A DNA stretch of 21,806 nt from Phycisphaeraceae bacterium (GCA_040905565.1 JBBDRF010000046.1:1-21806), one strand, 5' to 3'; counted from the first letter of the stretch, positions 7,407 to 15,775 are shown. Notes: generated by a model from the letters alone, not told the origin. Program-made: numbers and translations.

Positions 7407-9635
7407 TCAGCGGCGGGCGGCTTCGAGGACCATGTTGGTGACGATCTTGTGAGCCGAGTCGGCGTCGTAGCCGAAGACGCGCCAGACGGGCTGATCGAGC
7501 ATCGCCATGCTGAGATCTTCCTGCGAGACGATGATGCGGACCTGGTCGTCGAAACTGATGGCCTGGAGGCGCGGGGCGTCGATCTTACCCATGCGGAGCA
7601 GCGTGTAGGGACGGTAGGCGACGGTGGAAACGTCGTGGCCTTCGATGCCTTCGCCGGTGATGAGGGCGGACTGGCGTGAGATCGGACGCAGCCGCCGGGC
7701 GAACAGTTCACGCAGCGCGGTGCTGGCGGCGGTGGCGAAATCGCCCTGCCCGCCGACGTTCTCGAAAAGCATTAATCCGCCGGCTTCAACGTAGCTGCCG
7801 ATGCTGTCGAGTTCGGCCTGGCTGAAGGTTTGATCTTCGGTGCCGGCGACATGGACGAAGGGCACTTCCGACGGCTCGGGCAGGTCGCTTAGCTGAACGG
7901 CGGTGAGGTCGACGGTGGCGTGGCTGTTGTTGAAAATGAAATTGCTCTGGATTTCCCAGGCGAGGGGTTCGGGATCGTGATTGCCTTCGTAGACGGCGCG
8001 GCCGACTTTGACCTCGGGCCCGCCGCCGCTTCGGGAACGGGCGAGGAAGTGGGTATCGAGGCGGTCGCGTGTTCGGCCTCGCTCGGTGGCGTAGAAGTAG
8101 GCGTTGGTCAGCAGTTGCCAGACGCGGGGATCGCTGTGGTCGCTGCGGTGGAGGTCCCAGGAGACGTTGTGCGGCAGGATCATGGCCAGATGCCGGACGC
8201 CGTTGTGAATGGTGGCCGGTTCCAGACGACTGCCGAGGCGCACGTCGTAGACGAGGCTGACGAGGGGGTCACCTTCGGGGATGGCTTCAAGTTGCTGATA
8301 GGGGTAGAGGCGGCCGAGCAGGCCGCGGACGCTGTCGGTGAATTCGGAGGAGCCGTCGTCGGCGGAGAAGATGATCATGCCGCCGAGGTCCATGTAGCGT
8401 TTGAGCTTGGCTTCCTGTTCTTCGGAGAGGCTGAGTTCCTCGTGGCCGGAGAGGTAGAGCATGGGCGCTTCGAGCCACTCTTCGACGTCGGAATCGATGG
8501 GCAGGACCTGCCACATCATTTTGCGTTCGGTTTCGTCGGAGACCCACGCGGTGAGGTTGGCGACATCGCGCGGGCGGTTGTTCCAGTGGAAGTCGGGAAG
8601 CTGGAGTTTGTTGATGAATGCGGGGACGCGGCCACGGACGAGGAACATGAGCGCGAACGGTGCGTTCACGCCGTCGTGCTGATTGGCGAGGACCCACTCG
8701 GCCCCGGCACCGTACCAGTCGTGGCCGGCGAAGTAGCGGACGCCGCTGGCGAGGCCGATGCGTTCGACGCCGTAGAGGTAATACTGGGTGTAGGAGCCGA
8801 CGCCTGGGTTGGAATCGGGACGGAAGTTTTCGCCGAACCAGTCGAGGCCTCGGTCGATGCGTTTCTGGACGGGGTGCTCGGGCGTTTGGGCCAGTTCGCG
8901 GAAATCGTTGCGGTGGAGGTAATCCTGCGTGACGTAGAGCGCGGCAATGCCTGCGGCGGCCATGGAACCGCGTGAGACGTTGTCGGAGGTATAGGACCAG
9001 GCGCCGTTGACGAGTTGGTACTCGACGAAGTGTTCCTGGACGGCACTCCAGTAGCGGTTGGGGACGGGGATGCCGCGTTTGGCACCTTCCCAGACGCCGA
9101 GGACGCCGTACTGCGTGACGGAGTTGTCGACGCGGCCGTCGCGTGGGGTGTCGGTGTAGTCGTAGCCGTAGGGCCCGAGTGCGCCGACGAGCCATTGCAC
9201 ATCACGGCGGAGGTACTGTCCGAACTCATCGGGAAGCGCCGCCCAGAGGTGAGCGCGGAAGGCCACGGCGTAGGTGCCGATGATGTCCGCCTGCTTGAGA
9301 AATTCGATGGCGGGCTTGAGGCGCGGGTCCTGATGGCTTTCGCCTGCGGTGATGAGCGCGAAGGTCATGAGTGCGGTGGTGCCGCCCCAGTTGGCCCCGT
9401 AGGTGTGATCGGAGCCGCGCTCGGGGGGATCCCAGGTGCCGCGATCGTTCTGGGCGTCGTAGATTTGTTGGACGAGTCGGTCGATGCCGGCCTGCACCTG
9501 ATCGTCGGTGACCTGAGCGTGGGCCACGGTGGCGGGGATGAGCGTTGACCAGGCGAGTGCGAACAGGATGAGTGCCAGTGCGGCGGGGTTGATGTGGACG
9601 CTGGTTCGCTTTTGCATCAAGTTGCCGATCGTCAT
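7407..9635 (-). CDS. Secreted DUF4159-domain protein with N-terminal prenyltransferase/terpene-cyclase-like helical barrel
   Basis: Signal peptide (AHA/Q). DNSVTQYGVLG, GAWSY and YYLYGVERIG, then two DUF4159-like units (PMLYLSGH...LKRYMDLGG; PFVHVAGT...YVEAGGLMLFE). Start is 9635 or 9617. Confidence 0.8.
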   Translation of the reverse strand: MTIGNLMQKRTSVHINPAALALILFALAWSTLIPATVAHAQVTDDQVQAGIDRLVQQIYDAQNDRGTWDPPERGSDHTYGANWGGTTALMTFALITAGESHQDPRLKPAIEFLKQADIIGTYAVAFRAHLWAALPDEFGQYLRRDVQWLVGALGPYGYDYTDTPRDGRVDNSVTQYGVLGVWEGAKRGIPVPNRYWSAVQEHFVEYQLVNGAWSYTSDNVSRGSMAAAGIAALYVTQDYLHRNDFRELAQTPEHPVQKRIDRGLDWFGENFRPDSNPGVGSYTQYYLYGVERIGLASGVRYFAGHDWYGAGAEWVLANQHDGVNAPFALMFLVRGRVPAFINKLQLPDFHWNNRPRDVANLTAWVSDETERKMMWQVLPIDSDVEEWLEAPMLYLSGHEELSLSEEQEAKLKRYMDLGGMIIFSADDGSSEFTDSVRGLLGRLYPYQQLEAIPEGDPLVSLVYDVRLGSRLEPATIHNGVRHLAMILPHNVSWDLHRSDHSDPRVWQLLTNAYFYATERGRTRDRLDTHFLARSRSGGGPEVKVGRAVYEGNHDPEPLAWEIQSNFIFNNSHATVDLTAVQLSDLPEPSEVPFVHVAGTEDQTFSQAELDSIGSYVEAGGLMLFENVGGQGDFATAASTALRELFARRLRPISRQSALITGEGIEGHDVSTVAYRPYTLLRMGKIDAPRLQAISFDDQVRIIVSQEDLSMAMLDQPVWRVFGYDADSAHKIVTNMVLEAARR

Positions 9636-9688
9636 GGAGTAAACCCGGTGGCAGGGGATCGTTGAGAGGTCGGTCTGGTAGTCGTTTC

Positions 9689-9697
9689 AGTATACCA
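9689..9697 (-). promoter_or_regulatory. Extended -10 element upstream of the DUF4159 gene
   Basis: Minus strand TGgTATACT, about 54 nt before the start; no convincing -35. Confidence 0.5.
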
Positions 9698-9733
9698 GCA
9701 AGGGCGGGGAGACTTCGAGGGGCTAGAGGGGGT

Positions 9734-9761
9734 GTTGATTGCTGATTTTTGATTTTGGATT
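9734..9761 (-). repeat. Heptamer tandem repeat, second copy
   Basis: Minus strand AATCCAA AATCAAA AATCAGC AATCAAC. Confidence 0.75.
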
Positions 9762-9790
9762 GGGGAAGGCAGCAATCCTTAAGCAGTAAT

Positions 9791-10633
9791 CTAGTGCCAG
9801 CCGAGTGCGTAGAAGATGGCGGTGAAGAGCAGGTCGGCGAAGATGATGGAGACGAGCGCGTGGACGACGGTGGTGGTGGTGGCTTTGCCGACGCCCGCGG
9901 CACCGCCGCTGACACGGAGGCCGTTGTAGCAGGCGATCACGGCGATGAGCATGCCGAAAACGCCGGCCTTGATGAGCCCGGTGATGAAGTCGGCGAGCTT
10001 GATCTGATCCAGCGTGTTCGCCCAGTAGAGCGGCCAGGGGATTTCCAGAACAAACACGCCCATGACCGCGCCGGCACCAATGGCGACGATGTCACCAATC
10101 ACGCACAGCACGATGAGCGCCACAATGGTGGCGACGACGCGAGGCATGACCAGGAAGCGCACCGGGTTGAGGGCCATGGATTCGAGGGCTTCGATCTCTT
10201 CGCCGACTTTCATGGTGCCCAGCTCGGCGGCGATGGAAGCGCCTGCGAAGCCGGTGAGCACGATGGCGGAGATGAGCGGGCCAAGCTCGCGGAGGACGGC
10301 GACGCCGATGATGTTGGCGACTTTGTCGGTCTGCCCGAATTCGCTGAGGGGCGGCGCCATCTGGAGGCCGAGGATGAGCCCGATGCAGCCGGCGACGAGC
10401 GCGATGATGCCGATGGAGCGCACGCCGACGCGCACCATCTGCGTGTAGAAGGCGCTGCGGCCGAAGCGGAGGCGGCGCAGCAACAGCGTCTGGGAAATCC
10501 AGTGGAGCAGGTCGAGCGCGAGGTAGGCGATGCCGCCGATGTAGCTGACGGTGGCGATCGCCCAGCGACCGACGGCGGTGACGAAGGCGGCGGGGCCGGG
10601 GCGGGGGCTGGATGTTTCGAGGGGGTCGGGCAC
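9791..10633 (-). CDS. mlaE: MlaE/YrbE-family ABC transporter permease
   Basis: VLRELGPLISAIVL, GASIAAELGTMKVGEEIEALESMALNPVRFLVMPR, GGAAGVGKATTTTVV. GTG start after AGGA. Confidence 0.93.
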   Translation of the reverse strand: MPDPLETSSPRPGPAAFVTAVGRWAIATVSYIGGIAYLALDLLHWISQTLLLRRLRFGRSAFYTQMVRVGVRSIGIIALVAGCIGLILGLQMAPPLSEFGQTDKVANIIGVAVLRELGPLISAIVLTGFAGASIAAELGTMKVGEEIEALESMALNPVRFLVMPRVVATIVALIVLCVIGDIVAIGAGAVMGVFVLEIPWPLYWANTLDQIKLADFITGLIKAGVFGMLIAVIACYNGLRVSGGAAGVGKATTTTVVHALVSIIFADLLFTAIFYALGWH

Positions 10634-10653
10634 GGTGCGATCCTGCTTGCGGG

Positions 10654-10998
10654 TCAGGCGGTGAGGGCGGCGTCGGCGTCGGCGACGATGGTGAAGACCA
10701 TATCGAGGCGGGCGATCTCGAAGATGCTTTTGACCTTGGCGCTTAGGCCGAAGAGCACCATTTTGCCGGCATGACGACGCTGATGCTGGAGCGCTTCGAC
10801 GAGCGTGGCGACGCCGGAGCTATCCATATAGTCGACGCCGGTGAGATCGACGACGAGGCGAGGGGGTTTCTCGCCGGCCACTTCGAGCAGGGCATGGCGA
10901 AGCTCGGGGGTGCGGCTGAGGTCGATGTCGCCTTCGAGCGTAACGAGGATGCCGTCGGCGATCGGCTGAGTGCTGCGGAGGACTTCTTCGTCGTTCAT
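10654..10998 (-). CDS. STAS-domain anti-sigma-factor antagonist (RsbV/SpoIIAA/MlaB-like)
   Basis: LEGDIDLS, VVDLTGVDYMDSSGVATLV (conserved phospho-acceptor Ser), IFEIARLD. ATGA overlap with the upstream gene. Confidence 0.92.
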   Translation of the reverse strand: MNDEEVLRSTQPIADGILVTLEGDIDLSRTPELRHALLEVAGEKPPRLVVDLTGVDYMDSSGVATLVEALQHQRRHAGKMVLFGLSAKVKSIFEIARLDMVFTIVADADAALTA

Positions 10999-11477
10999 GG
11001 GGAGGGGTTCTCTGTTGCGTTGCGGCCGTCGGCGGCTGCGTTTTGTGTGCTTGCATGACGGATCATGGTCAGCTTCATGCCGTTGTTTTGCGGGCGGGGC
11101 TGGTAGCGGACTTCGTGCATGACCTGCTGAATAATGTGGACGCCGAGCCCGCCTGGTTTGATGTCGGCGAGGTCCCGGCCACGGATCAGAACCGGGTCGA
11201 CCGGCTCGGCTTCATCCTCCAAAACGATGCTCACCCCCCCACCGCTGTCCGTTTCGTCCGTGGCGGTGAGGGTGAGCCAGATGGGGCCGTTTTCGCGGTT
11301 TTTGTAGCCGTGTCGGATGATGTTGGTGATGGCTTCGTCGACGGCGAGGGCGAGGCGGCCGCGTAGCTCTTCGCCGTAGCTTAACCGTTTGAGGGCGGTT
11401 TCGATGACGGCCCGGACGACGCAGAGGTAGCGCGGGTGCGAGAAGATGCGCAGTTCAATCTCGTAACGCTCGCTCAT
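10995..11477 (-). CDS. RsbW/SpoIIAB-like anti-sigma factor Ser kinase (HATPase_c_2)
   Basis: N box LAVDEAITNIIRHGY and G2 box PGGLGVHIIQQVM. Start ATG 11477 overlaps the upstream stop (ATGA). Confidence 0.9.
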   Translation of the reverse strand: MSERYEIELRIFSHPRYLCVVRAVIETALKRLSYGEELRGRLALAVDEAITNIIRHGYKNRENGPIWLTLTATDETDSGGGVSIVLEDEAEPVDPVLIRGRDLADIKPGGLGVHIIQQVMHEVRYQPRPQNNGMKLTMIRHASTQNAAADGRNATENPSP

Positions 11478-11836
11478 GGCTGGGCAGCCTTCGCGTGATC
11501 GTCTTCGAGTTCGCCTTGGCGATAGGCTTCGACCCACCTGGCGACGGCGGCCTGGCGGTGGTGGCTGGGGGCGTGGTGGATGTAGCCGAGGCGGGTGCCG
11601 GTGATGCGATCGAGGGCGAGGATGCTGTACATCCGCACCGCCTGGTCGTCGCTTTCGAGTTGTTCGATGAGATGGGGGATGGCGGTGCGGTCACGATTCT
11701 GCCCGGCCCGGGTGATGGCGTAAAGCTTGGAGCCGGGGTCGGGGGCGTGGAAACCGCCTTCGCTGATGGCTGGGGTGCAGCCGCTGAGCGCAAGACAGAT
11801 CGCCGCGGTGATGATACCAACAACAGCCGTCCGCAT
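11474..11836 (-). CDS. Small HEAT-repeat lipoprotein
   Basis: MRTAVVGIITAAICLALSG-C lipobox; HEAT unit AIPHLIEQLESDDQAVRMYSILALDRITG. Confidence 0.82.
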   Translation of the reverse strand: MRTAVVGIITAAICLALSGCTPAISEGGFHAPDPGSKLYAITRAGQNRDRTAIPHLIEQLESDDQAVRMYSILALDRITGTRLGYIHHAPSHHRQAAVARWVEAYRQGELEDDHAKAAQP

Positions 11837-11843
11837 GATGCCG

Positions 11844-11871
11844 ATCATACCCCCCTGCCGCCCTACCGCAA
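11844..11871 (-). promoter_or_regulatory. Candidate sigma70 promoter, probably leaderless, for the lipoprotein-kinase-STAS-mlaE operon
   Basis: Minus strand TTGCGG-16 nt-TATGAT, 7 nt before ATG 11836. Confidence 0.5.
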
Positions 11872-11884
11872 AGCCCACCTGTAG

Positions 11885-11979
11885 TTAGCGGACGATCGCA
11901 GCTCGCCGTTGCGGGGCGTGGGCGACGACAATCACCATTGAGGGGATTCGGCGAACGGCGATCTACGATCGCCCGCTAA
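11885..11979. repeat. Long imperfect inverted repeat (26-bp arms, 43-nt loop)
   Basis: TTAGCGGACGATCGCAGCTCGCCGTT (11885-11910) vs AACGGCGATCTACGATCGCCCGCTAA (11954-11979): 23 of 26 positions Watson-Crick. Confidence 0.8.
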
Positions 11980-12009
11980 GCTCGGCACGGATGGGGGATT
12001 GGGGGGGAC

Positions 12010-12038
12010 TTGCCAGCTTTGGCAAGGGTATCTATACT
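12010..12038 (+). promoter_or_regulatory. sigma70 promoter of rpsL-rpsG
   Basis: TTGCCA (12010-12015)-17 nt-TATACT (12033-12038). Confidence 0.75.
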
Positions 12039-12075
12039 GTGCGACTTACTTTCTCCGAGGAAGAGGTCTACCCGT

Positions 12076-12447
12076 ATGCCAACGATCAATCAAATGGTTC
12101 GTAAAGCGCGCCAGATGCCGAAGCCCAAGAGCAAGGTGCGCGACCTTGACAGCGCTCCGCAGAAGCGTGGCGTGTGCCTGAACGTGCGAACCGTGACGCC
12201 CAAGAAGCCGAACTCCGCCCTCCGGAAGGTCGCGCGTGTGCGACTGTCCAACGGCAATGAAGTGACGGCTTACATCCCCGGCGAAGGCCACAACCTGCAG
12301 GAGCACTCGATTGTGCTCGTGCGTGGCGGCCGAGTTCGTGACCTGCCCGGTGTGCGTTATCACATCGTTCGCGGGTCGCTGGATACGCTGGGCGTGGATA
12401 CCCGCAAGCAGGGTCGCTCCAAGTACGGCGCGAAACGCAGCAAGTAA
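12076..12447 (+). CDS. rpsL: 30S ribosomal protein S12
   Basis: [59 protein letters not shown] 12076 follows GAGG. Confidence 0.99.
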   Translation: MPTINQMVRKARQMPKPKSKVRDLDSAPQKRGVCLNVRTVTPKKPNSALRKVARVRLSNGNEVTAYIPGEGHNLQEHSIVLVRGGRVRDLPGVRYHIVRGSLDTLGVDTRKQGRSKYGAKRSK

Positions 12448-12613
12448 TCGCTGATCTTAACGGCCGTCGCTTCCGAGCTCTTCGGCGGCGGCAGCCTGCA
12501 AGAGACACTGCGCGCAATGGGCGCGCAGGCAGCGGCAAGTAATCCTGCACGTTGCAGGGTGAACGAACGACCCCGGAAAGCTCCGGGGTAGACGAGCCCA
12601 AAGGAAAGCTACC

Positions 12614-13090
12614 ATGGCTGGACGTATTACCAAGGCTGAAGAACAGCTTCGGCCGGATCCGAAATTCAATTCCAAGCAACTCTCCCGCTTCATCAACTGC
12701 ATCATGCAGGACGGCAAGAAGACGGTCGCCCAGCGGCTGGTCTACGACGCGCTGGACCTGATCGAGGAGCGGACGCAGGGTAACCCCACGTCGATCGAAG
12801 TGTTCGAGCGGGCGATTGATAACGCAAAGCCGGCTGTCGAAGTGCGCTCCAAGCGCGTCGGCGGTGCGAACTACCAGGTGCCGATGCAGGTGAGCCGGCG
12901 CAGGCAGCAGTCGCTCGGCTTCCGCTGGATCATCCAGTCCGCACGGGCAGAGAAGGGCAAGCCGATGGCTCAGCGCCTCGCCCGTGAACTGTTCGATGCT
13001 TCGAACGGTGAAGGCAAGGCGATGAACATCCGCGATCAGACCCATCGCATGGCCGACGCGAACAAGGCCTTCGCCCACTTCGCCTGGTAA
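12614..13090 (+). CDS. rpsG: 30S ribosomal protein S7
   Basis: PDPKFNS, MQDGKK, EVRSKRVGGANYQVP, HRMADANKAFAHFAW. AAGGA Shine-Dalgarno. Confidence 0.99.
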   Translation: MAGRITKAEEQLRPDPKFNSKQLSRFINCIMQDGKKTVAQRLVYDALDLIEERTQGNPTSIEVFERAIDNAKPAVEVRSKRVGGANYQVPMQVSRRRQQSLGFRWIIQSARAEKGKPMAQRLARELFDASNGEGKAMNIRDQTHRMADANKAFAHFAW

Positions 13091-13150
13091 CCCCCCCCAC
13101 CAGGCCCCCACTGGGCCCTCGCCAGCGGGACCGCAAATTACGTTTTCCAG

Positions 13151-13182
13151 GACCCTGCCCTCACGGGCGGGGTCTTTTTTTT
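13151..13182 (+). terminator. Intrinsic terminator after rpsG
   Basis: GACCCTGCCC-TCAC-GGGCGGGGTC stem followed by T8. Confidence 0.88.
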
Positions 13183-13218
13183 GATAGGCGTTCGAAGCCC
13201 AAAGCGTGACGCTGTGGG

Positions 13219-14820
13219 TTACCGTCTCACGAAGGCGCGGTCGGCCCAGGCGTTCCATCGTTCGGCCATTTGCGTGACGCGGTCGGGGTGCTCGTCGGCG
13301 AGGTTGTGGGTTTCCGTACGGTCGACCTTGAGGTTGTACAGTTCCCAGTCCTTGCGGCGCTCGCGAACGAGTTTCCAGTCGCCGACGCGGACGGCTCGGG
13401 AGCCCTGGTGTTCCCAGAAGATCGCTTCACGCTCGAGCGGCTGATCGCTGTCGAAGCTGGGCACGAGCGACGTGCCTTCGAGCGGCAGGATCTCGTGATC
13501 GTTGTAGATTTCCGGATACCTGCTTCGGGAGATATCGACGGCGGTGGCCATGAGGTCGATCACGTGACCGGGCTGATGGCGGATGCCGCCGCGGTCGCGG
13601 ATGCCGTTGGGCCAGTGAGCGATGAGGGGCGTGGCGATGCCGCCTTCGTGGTTCCATGATTTGTAGAGGCGGAACGGCGTGTTAGAGGCGTTGGCCCAGG
13701 GGCGGCCGTAGGACGCGTAGGTGTCGGCGTCGCCGGGCATGATGTTCGGCTGGGTGCCGCCTTGCTCGAAGTTACCGTGCCGCGTGTTCGTGCCTTGGAT
13801 GACTTCGTGGGAGCCGCCGTTGTCGGCGAGGAAGAGGATGAGGGTGTTCTCAAACCGCCCGGTCTCCTTGAGCGCCTGAACGACGCGGCCGATGCCTTGG
13901 TCCATGCGGTCCACCTGGGCGGCGTAAACGGCCATCCGCCGAGCTTGCCACGCCTTGTGCTCAGCGTCCGACCATGCGGGGATCCCCCCACCACGCGCCG
14001 AGAGCGGCCAATCTTCACTCAGCAGCCCCATCTCAAGCAACCGCTCGTGACGATCCTCCCGCATCTGGTCCCAGCCCTCGTCATACACACCTTCGTACCT
14101 GGCGATGTCTTCAGGCAGCGCGTGCAGGGGCCAATGCGGCGCGGTGTGCGCGACGTAGAGAAAGACAGGCTCATCGGCGGGTGCTTCGGTGATGAAGCGG
14201 GAGGCTTGGTCGCTGATGGCGTCGGTGTAGTAGAAATCTTCGTCGGGCTCGATGAAGGTATTGTCGCGCATGAGGCTGACGGGCTCGAAGAAACTGCCCG
14301 CCCCGGAGAGGGTGCCGAAGAACCGGTCGAAGCCGCGCTGGCGGGGCCAACTGGCGCGGTGCAGCGTGGGCTCGGGATTGTTGTAGGCGTAATGGGTGAC
14401 GTGCCATTTGCCAGCCATCGCGGTGTGATAGCCCTGCTCCCCGAGCACTTCCGCGATGGTGACGGCCCGGTCGACCAGCCGCCCGCGGTAGCCGGGCTGA
14501 GTGCCGGGGCTGACCATGTGCCCGACGCCCGCCTGGTGCGGGTACAGGCCGGTCAACAGCGACGCGCGGGTCGGGCAGCATCGCCCGGTGTTGTAAAACT
14601 GTGAGTAGCGCAATCCCCCCTCGGCCAGCGCATCGAGGTTCGGCGTCTGGATCTCGCCTCCGAAGCTACCGATGTCGGAGTAGCCCATGTCGTCGGCCAT
14701 GATGATGACGATGTTCGGCTGATCCTGCGGAGCCTCAGCCGAGGCCGCAGTCCCGGCGAGACTTGCGAGGCTTACCCCGACGATGGCGAGCGCGAAACCC
14801 TGTGCGATGCGTGAGATCAT
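13219..14820 (-). CDS. Secreted formylglycine-dependent arylsulfatase (AtsA-like)
   Basis: PNIVIIMADDMG, CCPTRASLLTG (CxPxR), GKWH, APHWPL, ADNG, ELYNLKVD. The signal peptide starts at ATG 14820 after AGGGGA. Confidence 0.95.
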   Translation of the reverse strand: MISRIAQGFALAIVGVSLASLAGTAASAEAPQDQPNIVIIMADDMGYSDIGSFGGEIQTPNLDALAEGGLRYSQFYNTGRCCPTRASLLTGLYPHQAGVGHMVSPGTQPGYRGRLVDRAVTIAEVLGEQGYHTAMAGKWHVTHYAYNNPEPTLHRASWPRQRGFDRFFGTLSGAGSFFEPVSLMRDNTFIEPDEDFYYTDAISDQASRFITEAPADEPVFLYVAHTAPHWPLHALPEDIARYEGVYDEGWDQMREDRHERLLEMGLLSEDWPLSARGGGIPAWSDAEHKAWQARRMAVYAAQVDRMDQGIGRVVQALKETGRFENTLILFLADNGGSHEVIQGTNTRHGNFEQGGTQPNIMPGDADTYASYGRPWANASNTPFRLYKSWNHEGGIATPLIAHWPNGIRDRGGIRHQPGHVIDLMATAVDISRSRYPEIYNDHEILPLEGTSLVPSFDSDQPLEREAIFWEHQGSRAVRVGDWKLVRERRKDWELYNLKVDRTETHNLADEHPDRVTQMAERWNAWADRAFVRR

Positions 14821-14979
14821 GGATCTTCCCCTGTCGGTCGACGGCGGCTGTGTCATGCGATGCGAACCATGATGACGCATCATGTGATGTCGGGTCAATG
14901 CTGCCTATTGAATTCGACGCCGTCTGCCCAGAAGCTGAGCTCTGGGCTGCCGCGGGGGTGCCGCTGCGTAGGATGGGAC

Positions 14980-15768
14980 ATGGCGGTGGCACCGAACCCA
15001 TCTCAGATCTTCAAGCGGGCGCTCGAGGAGGGGCAGCGCCGGCTGGATCAGACGCTACTGGAGCTCACTTCCAACGCGTTCATCGCAGGGCTGACGATCG
15101 TGTTCGGCATGGCGGCGTTGGGGATGGTCGAATCGCTGGTTGAGCCACAGTTCGGAGAACTGGCGAAGCTGGCGGGGGCGTTGGCGTTCGGGGTGGGCCT
15201 GGTGTTCCTGGTGGTCGGGCGGACGGAGCTGTTCTCGGAAAACTTCTTCGATCCGGTGGCCTCGGCCTTCCAGCGCCGCAACGCGCATGTGATGTGGCGA
15301 TTACTGCGACTGTGGAGCATCACCATCGTCCTTAACCTGCTGGGCGGAGCGCTGTTCGTGGCGATTCTTGCCGTCGATGGTGTGCTATCCGAAAGTACGG
15401 CGGAGGTGTTGACGCGGCTCGCTGAGGAGATCGCACAACGCGGGACGTCGGCGGCATTCGTGAAGGCCATCGTCGGCGGCGCGCTGGTGGCGCTGCTGTC
15501 GTTCCTGCTGGCGGCGGTGAACTCGATCGGCAGCCGCATCGTGCTCGCCTACATCGTCGGCTTTCTGCTGGCGCTGGGGCCGTTCGATCATGTGATCGTG
15601 ACGGCGCTGCACGTGCTGTTCGGCATGGTCTTCGGCGGTGACATCACCGCGGCTCAACTGGCCTGGACCACCATGATCGCGACGGCGGGCAACCTCCTCG
15701 GGGGCCTGGGTCTGGTCACGTTCACCCACATCGCACAGGCGAAAGGGGCGGAGGAATCAGGCTGGTAG
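14980..15768 (+). CDS. Formate/nitrite transporter (FNT) family protein
   Basis: Six hydrophobic helices; ELFSEN, NLLGG, PFDHVIV and TAGNLLGG variants of the FNT motifs. Confidence 0.88.
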   Translation: MAVAPNPSQIFKRALEEGQRRLDQTLLELTSNAFIAGLTIVFGMAALGMVESLVEPQFGELAKLAGALAFGVGLVFLVVGRTELFSENFFDPVASAFQRRNAHVMWRLLRLWSITIVLNLLGGALFVAILAVDGVLSESTAEVLTRLAEEIAQRGTSAAFVKAIVGGALVALLSFLLAAVNSIGSRIVLAYIVGFLLALGPFDHVIVTALHVLFGMVFGGDITAAQLAWTTMIATAGNLLGGLGLVTFTHIAQAKGAEESGW

Positions 15769-15775
15769 CGCCGCT

